Notes under the pieces: generated by a model
What the model saw: only the letters and a program-made list of their open reading frames with translations
Database searches by the model: none
Told to the model about the DNA's origin: nothing
Position numbers and translations under genes: made by a program
In this document: in pieces, positions 13,541 through 26,469 of the stretch
Layout: each line of letters opens with the position of its first letter
How positions within the stretch are numbered: the stretch's first letter is position 1
From: Squalus acanthias
Taxonomy: Eukaryota
DNA: 64,000 nucleotides
Assembly: GCA_030390025.1 (NCBI GenBank)
Contig: CM059432.1
Location: 99,512,001 to 99,576,000 of the forward strand
Direction: 5' to 3'

Positions 13541-13670
13541 ACAGCACAGAAGGAGGCCATTTGGCAAGTCGTGCCTGTGCGGTTCTTTGAAAGAGCTGTC
13601 CAATTTAGTCCCACTCCCCAGCTTTTTCCCCATAACCCTGCACATTCGTCCTCTTCAAGTACATGTCCAT
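13541..13670 (-). mobile_element. CR1 3' tail fragment
   Basis: Reverse complement matches the 3' end of the CR1 fragment at 26330-26465. Confidence 0.75.
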
Positions 13671-13820
13671 GATACATACATGATATGTTCAAGTACAAGT
13701 ATATGATGCTACATTTTTGAGGCTCCACTCACAGGGGCTTATTTAGATCTTGAGTTAGTCCACAATGGAACTGAAAATCCGGACAGATGTATAACAGGCA
13801 GTTGAATCTATATTGCCCAT

Positions 13821-15483
13821 TGTAAGGGGTTCGGTGGCGCTTGTATCGCAGACGGTGCTGGTGCGGGGTTAGGCCTTCGTTGCCTAATACTATTGCTTAC
13901 TCTGGTCTCCGGCCAGCCTTGTTGCAATAAGCACCTGTGAGTGGTTCGACCCACTCGCCCTTATGGTTCTAACACTGGACTTAGGTGCGAGAGCAGTAAT
14001 GCAGAGAAAAACTCAAATAGACCCGGTTGAATAGTACGAAATGGAAATCTTTATTGCATAGCGTCCAAAATCATGAAGTACATGTCATAGGCACAAATTA
14101 ACGATAGTACAAGTATACATACATTCATAAAGCTTGGTCTATGGTAATGAAGAACGCACGGCACATCGTAAAAAGGGGAACACATTAAACTTTATCCTTA
14201 ATAAAACCACCCTCCCTTATCAATACCTATGCTACATCTAGATTTGTAGGATCGGGAAACATGCTCACCACTCGTGATACTTCGGAGAATTTTAAAATGA
14301 GGCACTCGGCTCGTTTCGCTGCAGCGCCTGACTGTCACGTGTTTGAAGGGGTCTCTGTACCCCACTTGTTTATCTTCGCTGCTCCGGCAAGCAGGCTGGG
14401 CTCCCCGTTGTCATGAAGAACTCGACAGTGCTCGGGCCCGGCTGTAGAACTCAAAGAAAAGTCTTCCTGGACCGACACCAGTTACCGGTAGAATTCAAAG
14501 AAGATTCTTCTTGTATCGACACCGGTTGTCGATAGAATTCGAAGAAGAGTCTTTCACTGGTTCGTGCAGCAACCTATAGAGTTCAAAAATGGTCTATATA
14601 TTTTCGGGCGCGGTCGGGGTTTACTGACCGCGGCGGCACGTGGACTCTTCTTCTTCTCTTCTCATCTTGTCTTGTCTTTTCGGGCCTTCGGGTCCAGAAC
14701 ACTGTTTACCGACACTCGGGATGGTGCACCCGGTTACGTGCCCTCCGTCGAGGCGGCTCGTCCCGATTGAGCTCCACCCAACATTAGTCGACAGAGTCCA
14801 GAGAAACACAGAAGGCTGCTCGTCCAGCAGAGCGATACCCGAGGATAAGGATAGGAGAGATAAGAGGCCGATGGACATTTGTTGTCTATAGTTATAGTGC
14901 TGTGTTCCCTTATCTCCCACTCAAATCTTAATGTTTGTCCTTTGTGAAATATTGGCGCTCAAAACTCCCAGCATGGGGTGATTCTTGTTTTTAACGAGTT
15001 TCGGTAGCACCTGAGACTGGCCAACTACCCGTTAATGTTTTCCCCATTGTCGAACCGGCTAGGAGCCTCCCTGGCTGGGTTTTGGGGGCCCCTGAATACT
15101 TGTTTAATCACCCGAGAATGGCTCTCTCATTGTAGAGCCGTGGGGGTATTTGCGTATTGATGTGTCTGGATGGGTCTTCGATTGCCCAGTACAATGGTCC
15201 TTACTTGTGCATGGAAAATGATTCCAGCACTCATATCTTTTGCTATTGTCACAAATGCAAACAGGTTGCATCCTGTCTTTATCAGTGCTTATCGAAAATG
15301 TTTATTGGAACGCCATCTTGTCTGCCCACTGTACTTCTGGAAACTTCTGCCACGATGCGCGGCGGCCATTTTACAGGCTTCTGTGTCCTGTTTAATCATG
15401 ACAGCATTTCGTTTAAATAAACTGATCAAACGAATCTGCTTCTATCTCGTTATTTCGAATCGCGATAATTGCGAAACTTTACA
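13821..15483 (-). mobile_element. Solo LTR, 1663 bp, CpG-rich (young)
   Basis: TGTAA...TTACA termini; TSD CCAT at 13817-13820 and 15484-15487; minus-strand TATATA near 14597 and AATAAA near 14051; lies within a small TIR element at about 13733-15520. Confidence 0.88.
14445..14589. repeat. 44-bp tandem array (3.3 units) within the LTR
   Basis: TAGARYTC unit starts at 14445, 14489, 14533, 14577. Confidence 0.9.
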
Positions 15484-15804
15484 CCATTTTACACTATCGA
15501 GCAAGGTAAAAATGACCCCTCTCTAATCAGGAGTGCTGTGAATCAGGTGGACTGACCTCCATGCTTGATTCTCTAATTTGTGCCTCTGTTGATTAGCGGA
15601 GCATTAGTGGAACCTCAGAAAGTTTACCCTTTAGTATATTGTAAATTTATACATTGTTTGTGATGAAGATTTTTTGAGTCAAGTACGACATTTCTTTGTG
15701 CCCTGGACACATTTAAAGTGTGGTGTGTGCTTGGTGCAAGACTTTTAATAATATTGATAATAATGTATTGTATTGGCTTTATTTTAATCAAAATGGTAAT
15801 TAAT

Positions 15805-16549
15805 GGCCCAAAAATTCATCCCGGTGCGCGAGAGTACGCATTGCGTACTCTCGCGTATTCCCTCTGCAATTGCCAGTTTTCTGCATGCCCTGCGCATGCG
15901 CTGAAAACCGGCAATTGCTCTTTTGAAAAGGGGGCGGTTCCTTGGTGCACCGCGTGCGCGCTACAGGCTGCGCGCACGCTGTGCACTTCATGCTTTGGAC
16001 GCGCAGGTAAGTACTGAAGATTTTAGAAATGTAAAAAGGAGGAGTAAGACCCACTTTTAACAAGGTAAGTAGTGAATTAAGTATTTTTTTGAATTTTTTT
16101 TTACAGGTATATCTTTTTTAGAGACTTTAAAGACAGGTAAGTTTATTTTTATAACTTTTTAAAAGATTTAAAATTTTTTCAAAAATTTAATTTTTTATTT
16201 AAAATGGTTAATTTATTTAACTATACTTATTTTATTAATGTGATGGTTTTTTTTTTTTAATTTAATTGAGGTTTAGCTGTTATTTTGGGGGGGTGTAAGA
16301 TTCATAGATTTCACAGCCGTGCTGTGAAACTTATGAATGGAAGATGGTGTGCTGCCATTGGCTCTAACTGAGTCACGTGATCCCACAGCGCGCACGAATT
16401 CACTACGCCGGTGGGATACGCAAGCACTGCCCAGCTGTTGTCTGGAACATCAAGTTCGTTCGAGCTGGATCTGTAAAAGCACAAGCGAGGTGAGAGATCG
16501 CGGGGAAGGCTTACCCCCGCGGGAACAGAGCGAGATCAATTTCTGGGCC
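15805..16549. mobile_element. Harbinger MITE (GGCCCAGAAATT family)
   Basis: TIRs GGCCCAAAAATT/AATTTCTGGGCC; perfect TSD AAT; inverted homolog of 4376-5140. Confidence 0.93.
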
Positions 16550-17776
16550 AATGTTTCATATTGCTAAATTTCATGATTTCAACAGCATCTCATTACAAGA
16601 GCTCAATAATCATCTGGAATTAAAAATATCACAGGAAGAAATTGTGTTTCCATGTCTCACAAGAAAATCTTTTCTTGAAGTCTCAGTAAGTTAGTATTCT
16701 GGTATTTATTATGTTTGGTGTTTATGCGATTGTGATAATACTTTATTCACATTTGTATTCAAAAAATAATCAGATTCAACACAAAGAAGCAATCTGAAAA
16801 CAATGTGAGCAGTTGAAACCAAATGTTATTGGAGGACAAGAGAAGAAAAGGACCTTTTAGTTCAATGACGCATACACAATTTAATGATTATTTCTTCTGT
16901 CCCCTAAGTGCAGACTTGTCAAACGTGAAGAGACCACAAAAATGACAAAAGGAAGATCGGAAAAATATATCGGAAAAAGTCTGGATTGATGAACTAAGAT
17001 TTCTGGAATACAAAGATAGCACAACTGATCTCTTCAGACTTATGTTACAGTTTTATTTGCAAACATATTGATTTTTTTCCCTCTGTGTATAAAAGTTGCA
17101 AAACTGTACATTTACAGATACTACTACACACAGGACAGAACAAGCTAGCATAGATGCAGTTAGAAAAGAATTGGCTTTTTGAAAAAGATTGGGGAAGAAA
17201 TTGGATTCACACTAGGGAACCGGTTCGAAGTGGACATCTCGAACATCATGCTCAAACTGGAGACCCGATTCTCGCTCCAAATTGGGCCCCGGGCTTCACC
17301 ACCATAATATTGATGAGCTGCAGATCTCGATGCAGCTCCTCTGTTGGGTCCTTCCCAAAATCAGCTGCATCAGACGCTCAGCCAGCCGACAGATAAGTCC
17401 TGAGGGGAAGGTAGGAGAACGGGAGGAGGATTAACACGGGCCAGCAGCAGCCTGCTGTATTGCTGTCGAGCTTGGAGGACCACTCCTGATCTTTTTGGCT
17501 CCACCTTAAGGTAAGTGTAAAAGAAAGTCGTACCTCTTCTTCAGCGGCCTCCAGTGATCCCTTTAAGGACCGCAGATTTACGGTTGGTTAGGCTGCCGTA
17601 GACCCAGAAAAAAGTGAATGGAAAATTGTGTGTTTATATTACTCATTCAACTTTCCAACATTTTAAAGTGGCAACTAAAGTTAATGTTCTGAGTAATGAT
17701 TACTACCCATGCGGTGAAGATTAAAATTTACTCCAGTGTAACAATGCTTGAACATTCTTAAAGCAACATAATCAAT

Positions 17777-18953
17777 GGCCCGTAATTTCCGATAGCAGGC
17801 TTCCTGCGTGTGGATGCCTCCTATCGGAAAAAAATCTACGCTCTTACCTGAGGGCTCCCGAGGTCCGGACACTTCCGATGCTGGGCCTCTCCACAGTCGA
17901 AATGCGCAGAGCCCACGTATCCCAGGGGCGCATGTGGTTCGTAAGCTTCCCTGGGATCACGTGGGCCAGGCCAGCCAATGAAAGAAGGGAATCCCCCTTC
18001 ATACTTTTAACAGATAGAACTGTCAAATATATGGATGGGGATCACTGAAAAAAGAGACTAAAACATGAAATAATTTTTTTTAAATCACATTTTTAAAATG
18101 AGTTAAAATTGCATTAAATTAAATATTTTTTTTTAATTAATTTTTTGTAAAAAATAATTAAGGTTTTTTACGGGGCTAACAATAAACTTACCTTTTTTAA
18201 AAGTATTTTTAAATTATAAATGAGTGAAAAAAAATTATTTTTAAAAACTTTTTTAAACTCTTATGCTGGTAAAAGCAGGCCTTATGCCTGCTTTTACCAG
18301 GCGTAAGATTTCTAAGAGCTTTCTGCGGGCAGAGGCCCTTCTCCAGGGCAGACATCCGATCTGTCACGAGCATTCGTGACAGATTGGAAATGTCGGTTTT
18401 CAGCGCATGCAGTGAACTTCAGATTTTTTTTCCGGTTTCTCCGGGAAGGTAAGTATGAAGAAGCTGCGTTTTTAAAAAGGAGGTGCAAGGCATGTTTTTA
18501 ACAAGGTAAGTGGTTAATTAACTACAAATTAAAAAATTTTTCAACAGGTTTATCTTTTTTAGATACTTTAAAGAAAGGTAAGTTTATTTTTAGCACCGTT
18601 AAAAAGTATAATTAATTTTTTCAAAAATTTAAATTTTTGTTTAAAGTAGTTAAATTATTTGAAGTTTAAGTGTGGTTTTGGGGCCGATCTCTATTCATAG
18701 ATTTGACAGGTCTTCCTGTCAAATCTATGAATGAAAATGCCCTGCTAGGATTGGCTCTCCATGGCCCACGTGATCCCAGGGGACGCTTCGAACTAACTGC
18801 TCCCCTGGGATACACAAGCACTGCGCGCCGGCAGCTGGAGGAGGCCCAGGACCCGAAGTCCTCGTGGGCCCAAAGCACAACGGCAGGCGCGGTCGGTAAG
18901 TACGCGCGCGATGCTTGCACCCGCAGGAAGCCGGAAAGCCGAATTTCTGGCCC
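17777..18953. mobile_element. Composite fold-back MITE made of two related arms
   Basis: Ends GGCCCGTAATTTCC and GAATTTCTGGCCC; each half has the GATCACGTGGGCC motif, the TTCATA..ACAG palindrome and an AT-rich core, in opposite orientations. Confidence 0.75.
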
Positions 18954-19532
18954 CATAACAATTCGCTGCGAATTTTTTTTTTACTCATGTCGCTTATGGT
19001 TCTTTTGCCAATTACCTTAAAGACTCTTGATCAGAAGAGTTCAAAAAGTATATCATTTTGGAAAACTTAGATGTAACACAAAGAGGATAACTTACTTCCT
19101 ATCATAAGAAGAGAGCAAGATTTCTATAATTATTCTGAAAACAAATTCTGAAATCAAGTCAGTTATTTATTAATACTGAAAATAATGCAACCCCTTTTAA
19201 TATTTTCCTGGTCAGGGTCTTTTTGTATATCGGGATATTCCCTCAGAGATATCTACATTGTGAAGTTTGAGGATAGGATGCAATGCAGCCAAAGAGAGAG
19301 CAGTGTTGCATTCTAGCCATGTCTTTTTGTTCCTATTCACTGGTTTTAACTACTTGGGAACCTATGTATACTGACAAATATTGTCATTGCATTTTGTACA
19401 TTAGGAAAATGTGTAATTTTATTAAGAACAATGGGAAATTCAGGTGACAGGATTGATTGGTGTCTCTTAGCTGGTGATATCTGTAACATGTCCTGTTCTC
19501 TTTGAAGCTAAAATGGAGAAGAAAATTTAATG

Positions 19533-19637
19533 AAAGAAAGAACTTGCCTTATTATAGCACCTTTCACAACCTCAGGACATCCAAAAAGTGTTTTCCAGCC
19601 AATGAAGTACTTTTGAAGTCATTGTTGCAATATAGGG
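19533..19637 (-). mobile_element. 3' tail fragment of a Deu-domain SINE
   Basis: Reverse complement matches 53080-53180 (CTTCAAAAGTACTT...CCTGAGGTTGTGAAAGG). Confidence 0.7.
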
Positions 19638-20128
19638 AGGAATAACTGAAGGTTAACCTGCTGTGGTTACACAATTCTTTCAATTTGTTCAGGGCCATGC
19701 GATTGCCTGCCCTACCTCTGCCTCATCCTCATAATTAACCTGTTTATAGAAGCCACTTTATCCTTGCCCTTGTACTTTAGGCCATTCCAACTTTTCCAGA
19801 TTTCACCACAATCTACTAAACCTATAAATTTATATTTGGTTTATCGATGATATTTAAGGAAATTTATAATACTCTTGAGTACGTGTAATAAATGAATATT
19901 TTTGAATTTTATAAAATGTTGTTACAATGAGCTCTAATTCTGCCTTAACTCTTTCTGGGATGCCTTGATTCAAGGTTGGAGTGAAATACTGAGGTCAATT
20001 TTTGCTTGTGGTGCAAATCGGGAGGGTGGTCTGCAGCGTCTTGTCTCTGTCCACTCAGTAAGGTGGACATTTTACCTTCATTTTTCTCTTTTCCTTTAAT
20101 CACTAGTTCACACACTTATAAACATTGT

Positions 20129-23100
20129 GGCCACGATTTCGCCAGCGGAGGCGGGATTGCGGTCGGAGAGGTGGTTGGTGGGTTCCGGTGCCGATCCCGG
20201 CTGCAGCCACTCTGTAAAAAGGATTTCCCGTTAATAGGGCTTGTTAAGCCCGCCCTGCGGGGCACCCGGCCAATTAAACGGAAGCGGGTCTGATGACATC
20301 ATTTGATGGCGCGTCATCAGCCGGTTTCTTTAAAGGGACCATGTCCACATTCATTTTGACAGTTGCGCTGTCAGTGTTCTGCAGCATTGAGGTGCTGCAA
20401 ACACTGACAAGCACTGCACAAAGGTGGACGGCTGCACCCAGGCTCTTGCATGACTCCCTCCATAGGCTTATGGAGGGAGTCACAGCACGCAGGAAGGTTC
20501 TCTTCATTTCCAAGGGCGGAAGAGACCTCCCCAGGACACCAAAGCAGCCTGGTTGCACATTGCACAGGAGGGCACAAGCAGGGATGTCGTCAGGAAGACC
20601 AGGTTGCAGTGGCGCAAACCTTTCAATGATCTCAGTAGATCACGAAACGTTACTGCAAAGCCACACTCAACCTCATCCTGCTGTGCCACTCATCACATCC
20701 TCATAACTCTGCCTTCCCTACCCTACTCCTGCACATCCTTACTCACACCAACTTACCTTGCACCTCCACCCATCCCTCTCTATCTACATTATCACTTCCC
20801 CATCTCACTAGCCACCCCTCACACTCACCCTCATCCTACTGCAAGCATACCAACTAACAACACACAAGGGTAGGCACTTGGGTGTTCTCTGCAATGTTCA
20901 TGTAAATTTTCTGTTAATGTTATGTCAAACATTGAAATCTTTATTTTCAACACTTTGCCTTATTGTACAGATCTGTCCTCACCTTTGGAAGTGTCTTAGT
21001 GAGTTGCAATGAATGGTGAGACATAACGGAGTCCCCCGCAATGGTCATGAGTGTGAAAGGAATAGCTTGGTCATTGTAGGATTGCTTTATCATGATGGTA
21101 TGGGGAGGTGTTAACCTGGTGCATCATGTGGCAGCCAGGGTGTACAGCGTCACGTGAAGTAAATCTGGCCATGGTGATGCCATCGCTGGCCTCCCGGGCA
21201 GCAATGTTGTTGGGTGCTGATGCCCTGTGTCCTGTGCAGCATCAAGTGATTGCAGAGAAGGTTGGTATTGTTGTTGGTGATGTTGGTGTGCCTGGTGATG
21301 TTGGTGTTGGGGCTGATCGTGGAGCGATTCAGAGGACCAAGGTGAGATTTTTTCAAGCGTACCGATGTTGCTGGAAGAGATGGCAGCTGAAGTTGAGATG
21401 ACAGAAGCGATCTGTCAATGGTGAGAGAGCTTGCTCCAAGGAGGTGACAGTGGATAGAGAGTTTACTCCAAACACTTCCAAACTGTATACAGCTTAAAAG
21501 TATCTTCCAAGTCCTGAAGGCTCAAGCAGCTTCTGACATTGAAAAGTGACCAGCTGTGAAATGGCAGCTTTAATACCACTTTTGCAATTGTCACCTATTC
21601 ACAGCAATGGGGATACATAGAGAACCCGACCTACTTACCTGACGTGATCTCTGAACGACGTGAACCCCATTAAAAATGTGATAAATCATAGAATCATAGA
21701 AATTTACAGCACAGAAGGAGGCCATTCAGCCTTTCTTGTCCGTGCCGGCCAACAAAGAGCTATCCACCCTAATCCCACTTTCCAGCAATTGGTCCATAGC
21801 CTTGAAGGTTATAGCACTTCAAGTGCATATCCAAGTACTTTTTAAATATGATGAGGGTCTCTACCTCTACCACCCTTTCAGGCAGTGAGTTCCAGACCCC
21901 CACCACCCTCTGGGTGAAAAAACTTCTCCTCAAATCCCCTCTAAACTTCCGACCAATTACTTTAAATCTATGCGCCTTGCTTATTGACCCTTCTGCTAAG
22001 GAAAATAGGTCCTTCCTATCCACTCTATCTAGGCCCCTAATAGTTTTATGCACCTCAATTAGGTCTCCCCTCAGCCTCCTCTGTTCCAAAGAAAACCAAA
22101 GCCTATCCAATCTTTCCTCATAGCTAAAATTCCCCAGCCCAGGCAACATCCTTGTAAATCTCCTCTGCACCCCCATAGTGCAATCACATCCTTCCTGTAA
22201 TGTGACCAGAAATGCACGCAGTATTCTAGCTGCAGCCTAACTAGTGTTTTATACAGTTCAAGCATAACCTCCCTGCTCTTATATTCTATGCCTCGGCTAA
22301 TAAAGGCAAGTATCCCATATGCTTTCTTATCCACCTTATCTACCTGTCCTGCTACCTTCAGGGATCTGTGGACATGCACTCCAAGGTCTCTCTGATCTTC
22401 TTCACTTCTCAGTGTCCTACCATTTATAGTGTATTCCCTTGCCTTGTTAGCCCTCCCCAAATGCATTACCTCACACTTCTCCAGATTGAATTCCATTTGT
22501 CACTGTTCTGCCCACCTGACCAGTCCATTGATATTTTCCTGCAGTCTGCAGCTTTCTTCTTCATTATCAACCACACGGTCAATTTTTGTATCATCTGCAA
22601 ACTTCTTAACATACTTCCTACATTCAAGTCCAAATCATTGATATATACCACAAAAAGCAAAGGACCCAGTACTGAGTCCTGCGAACCCCACTGGAAACAG
22701 CCTTCCAGTCACAAAAACACCCTTCGACCATTACCCTTTGTTTCCTGCCTCTGAGCCAATTTTGGATCCAACTTGCTACTTTGCCTTGGATCCCATGGGC
22801 TTTTACTTTCGTGACCAGTTTTCCATGCGGGACCTTATCAAAAGCCTTGCTAAAATCCATGTAGACTACATCAAATGCACTACCCTCATCGACCCTCTTT
22901 GTTACCTCAATAAATTCAATCAAGTTAATCAGACACGACCTTCCCTTAACAAATCCATGCTGACTGTCCCTGATTAATCCGTGTCTTTCTAAATGGTAAA
23001 ATAGAAAAAGGCTGGCAAAGTAGTAGTAAACAAACACTTAACAAGCAGTTAAGTATCTTAAATGCCTCCCCCGCCGCTTGGTGTCGGGTCTGTTCTGAAA

Positions 23101-23234
23101 TCGCAGACCCGACACTTTGGAAACTTACGTGGAGGCATGTTCGCAGCGGGTTCCTAACCCGCTGTCAATCATTTTGATTTTGACAGCGGACCCGCCTCCA
23201 AACCCACATTCTGAGCACCGGCAAAATTCAGTCC
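20129..23234 (-). mobile_element. Internally deleted Harbinger element interrupted by a CR1
   Basis: TIRs GGCCACGATTTCGCC / GGCAAAATTCAGTCC; flanks TGT/TGC; Myb exon 1 remnant on plus strand (about 20405-20640), transposase 5' remnant on minus strand (about 21080-21370). Confidence 0.8.
21685..22997 (-). mobile_element. 5'-truncated CR1 LINE (RT region, frameshifted)
   Basis: SQHGFVKGRSCL, YMDFSKAFDKVPH, KCEVMHLG, RRSFFTQRVVGVWNSLP; (ATTCTATG)n tail. Confidence 0.93.
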
Positions 23235-23329
23235 TGCATGACAATCAGGGGCTGCATTACACTGCCACTCATCTTTTACTGCTTACCCTTGCAGTACATG
23301 CTAATCCTTGTTCCTCCGCTCTTTTTCTA

Positions 23330-23960
23330 GGTCCTTGCGGCCCTACAGCCACAAAAATGGAGGGGACAACCATACCAGAGATGCACTATCACAGAGCACA
23401 GAAATTGCCCCTCCAGGTGGCATAGAGAGTGAGATAAAGGGGTCTGCACAGGGTGATTCATAGACTACAAGTGAGCAGGAGCAGGTGCAAGTGAAAAAGA
23501 CAACTCAGGAAATGACTTGCTGGAGGGCAAGCTCGAATCTTACTTCCACTGAAGAGAACACAGGTGCAGACTTTAAGGACCCATCTAAGTGGATAGGGAC
23601 TTCAATCACATCATGGATCTCCTGTGTTCTGCTCTCTCACAGATTAATGGGAATGCTGATCCACAGCCCAATAGCAGGGGCAGTCGTGCAATGGAAGTGC
23701 AATATGTGGCCCTCTCTCAGGATGACAGCATGTCTGCAGCCTCACCACCCTCTCAAAAATGTGCACCCTGGTGCCAGAAAGCCAGACTGTCCCGGCAGCC
23801 ATAAGTTGCTGCAGTCTGCAGCTGGACCCTCTCAGGCCCGAGCTTCTAGAGGTTACTGACCACGAACATCTCTATAGCCCTTGGCTGAGCCACAGCAGCC
23901 TTCCACTTCCCATGTTGCAGCCACCAGGGGAGCACATTGTAGTAGCACTAGAATAGGTTA
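23330..23960 (+). pseudogene. Decayed last exon of a Harbinger Myb/SANT-like gene
   Basis: Acceptor TTTTTCTAG at 23330; composition and C-terminal basic motif resemble exon 3 of the Myb genes at 37590 and 60949. Confidence 0.45.
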
Positions 23961-24834
23961 GAGTTCACCTGGATGTTAATTATTGTGTAGGCATTTGTGT
24001 AAGACAGTAAGCTGAAATCTTTGTGTGCAGAGTGTTCCGACAGTAACTGGTAACTGGTAGCCCTCCAATATTGCGTGACATGAATATCAACATTGGTCGC
24101 TGCACAGATGTAGTGTAGTGGAGGGTGGAAGGACTGGCACAGATGTTGGACAGGACCATAAATGCAAGAGAGCAGGGATTGGTTAGCTGAAACAGGTGAA
24201 CTTCAGAAGCAGAAACGAGACGGCACTGAGACAATAATTGGCCTCATTTTGATTATCTCCTTTACTGGGAGTTCACAAATAACTCAGGTGCAGTGCGGTA
24301 TGCTTTATTTACACTCTTTTCTGTTCATTTTTGTCTCATTAACACAATGCATGTGATTGACTGGTGTACATGAAAATCAACACTTATATGCCAACACAGA
24401 TAACAAAATAACAAATCTACATCATACCACAAAACCAAACCACATAAGTACACTGTGGTACATATTTGTCATCTCATAAGTTTGAGCACTTGTTCTTTTT
24501 ACATTCTAGAAATGCATCTAGCACACTTAAATCTGACTTGACACATATAAGTTAGAGGATAGAGCTCTTCTACATATTGAATTCTGACATGTTTTATCTT
24601 CAACCTCAGAAATGCAACCTCTATTATGTGCTGATCTATCCAGGTGGCACTGATGGACTCATAAAAATAATTATCTAATTACTACCAGTTAATCACTAAT
24701 TATAAGGAAGGACTGTGGCTCTGATAATGCCTAGTATAATCATCAGTGTCGTATCTGCCAGTTGTTTTCCAAAGCAATTAGCTCAGGTCAGGTTTGAACT
24801 TCTTAAAAGCAGCACAGATAGGTTAAATTGCCAG

Positions 24835-25727
24835 GGGGCAAAATTTCGGTTGGTTTACGCCTCCCGTTAGCGCCTTAAGAGGGCGCTAATGGGGTGCAAA
24901 GCAACTAGCGCCCGTGCGCGGCGATGTTCGTGCCGCTCACGAAATTGACTAGACATTTTGCGGCGGCGCTAAGCACTACCGGCACGATCTCCTGCTCCTG
25001 CAGATCGTGATGTCAGTCGAGCGTGCAACGTCCTGGTAGCGCCACGGACCGGATATTGAGTGGCGCCCCCCTGTCTTACCGCCTGCCGCTAGCAACGACA
25101 GGTTGAGGGGAGCGTTTTGCAGTCGGGAAGGGACTGGGGGAGCGCTATTTAAAGGCGACCACTTCCTGCCTTTTTTAATCGGCGACATTTTTGCACCACG
25201 CATTCTGAGAGAGAGAGAGAGACTTCTGGAGAGATTCAAAGCTGTGTTGAGGAGTTTTGGGTACTGAGCAGCACTTTGCAGGTTCTTTTTGATTTGATCT
25301 TCCTTGCATCGATTTAGAAGAGACTTTGGGGGCTGCACTCTGAGCTCTTTCCCGAAGCCTCTCCATTTTTCTTTCCAACAGATTTGATGTACAAGTCTCT
25401 CCAGGCCGAGATTCAAGACTGCAATGAGCAGGGTGTGGATGGAGAGCAAGATCGACCCTCCCCTTTAAGAACTGGCCGGTGCCAGTGTGTCTGTGTTTCA
25501 TTGCTGACTGACATCACATGAGCTTCGCCAGCGCTCTGAGGTAGCGCCTCGCTCCTCGGTGTTAGCACCTTAAGAGAGGTGTGTAGCGCCTGATTTAGTG
25601 CTCCAATCACTTCCAGGGGCGATAGAAGCCAAGTTTGCAGTTGGAGGCGATAATTAGCGGCAGGCGCTAAACTTTGCGCCCGGCCGATAATCGCGCCCCA
25701 AACGGGGCGATACTGAATTTCTCCCCC
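24835..25727. mobile_element. Harbinger MITE (GGGGGAGAAATTC family)
   Basis: TIRs GGGGCAAAATTTC/GAATTTCTCCCCC; TSD CAG; partial inverted copy at 50251-50720. Confidence 0.88.
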
Positions 25728-25971
25728 CAGGAGTTTACAATTCAACAACAGGTTGCATATACTTTGGACAACCTTGGTGTATCCCCAGTAGCTTCAGGTA
25801 ATATTTTTGTAGTCTTATCATTTACAAGAACAATGTCAAAGATGTATACAAGATCATTTGTATGAAGATTGAAAGTGTTTGCTATCACTGGCACAGACTG
25901 TAGCATTCATTGTGAGGTGCATCTGAACCAAAATACTGCTGATCTTTATGTACTGTAGTCACTGGGAGTAT

Positions 25972-26469
25972 CTCAGCCTTGGAGAGGATGCAGCAGAGAT
26001 TTACTAGAATGGTAGCAAGGATGTGAGTCTCCATTTTTGTAGAGAGACTAGGTAAGCTGGGATTGTTCTCCTTAGAGCAGAGAAAGTTAAGGTCACCTTT
26101 GATAGAAGTGTTCAAAATTATGAAGGGTTTTGATAGAATAGATAGGGAGAAACTGTTTCCACTGGCAGGTGGCTCGGTAACCAGCAGACACAGAATGAAA
26201 ATAATTGGCAAAAGAACCAGAGGGGAGATGAGGAGAATTTTCTTTGCACAGTGAGTTGTTATGATCTGGAATGCAATGCCTGAAAGGATGGTGGAAGCAG
26301 ATTCAATAGTAACATTCAAAATGGAATTGGATATATACGTGAAAAGGAAAAATTTGCAGGGCTATGGGGAAAGAGCCGGAGAGTGGGACTAATTGGATAG
26401 CTCTTTCAAACAGCTGTCGCAGGCACGATGGACCAAATGCCCTCCTTCTGTGCTGTATGATTCTATGAT
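25972..26469 (+). mobile_element. CR1 3' fragment
   Basis: FSLEQRKLR..LIEVFKIMKGFDRIDREKLFPL; ATTCTATG tail. Confidence 0.88.

Noticed and set aside
14445..14589. CRISPR-like repeat-spacer appearance
   Set aside because: Vertebrate LTR context, no cas genes, and the variable parts of units 1 and 2 are homologous to each other
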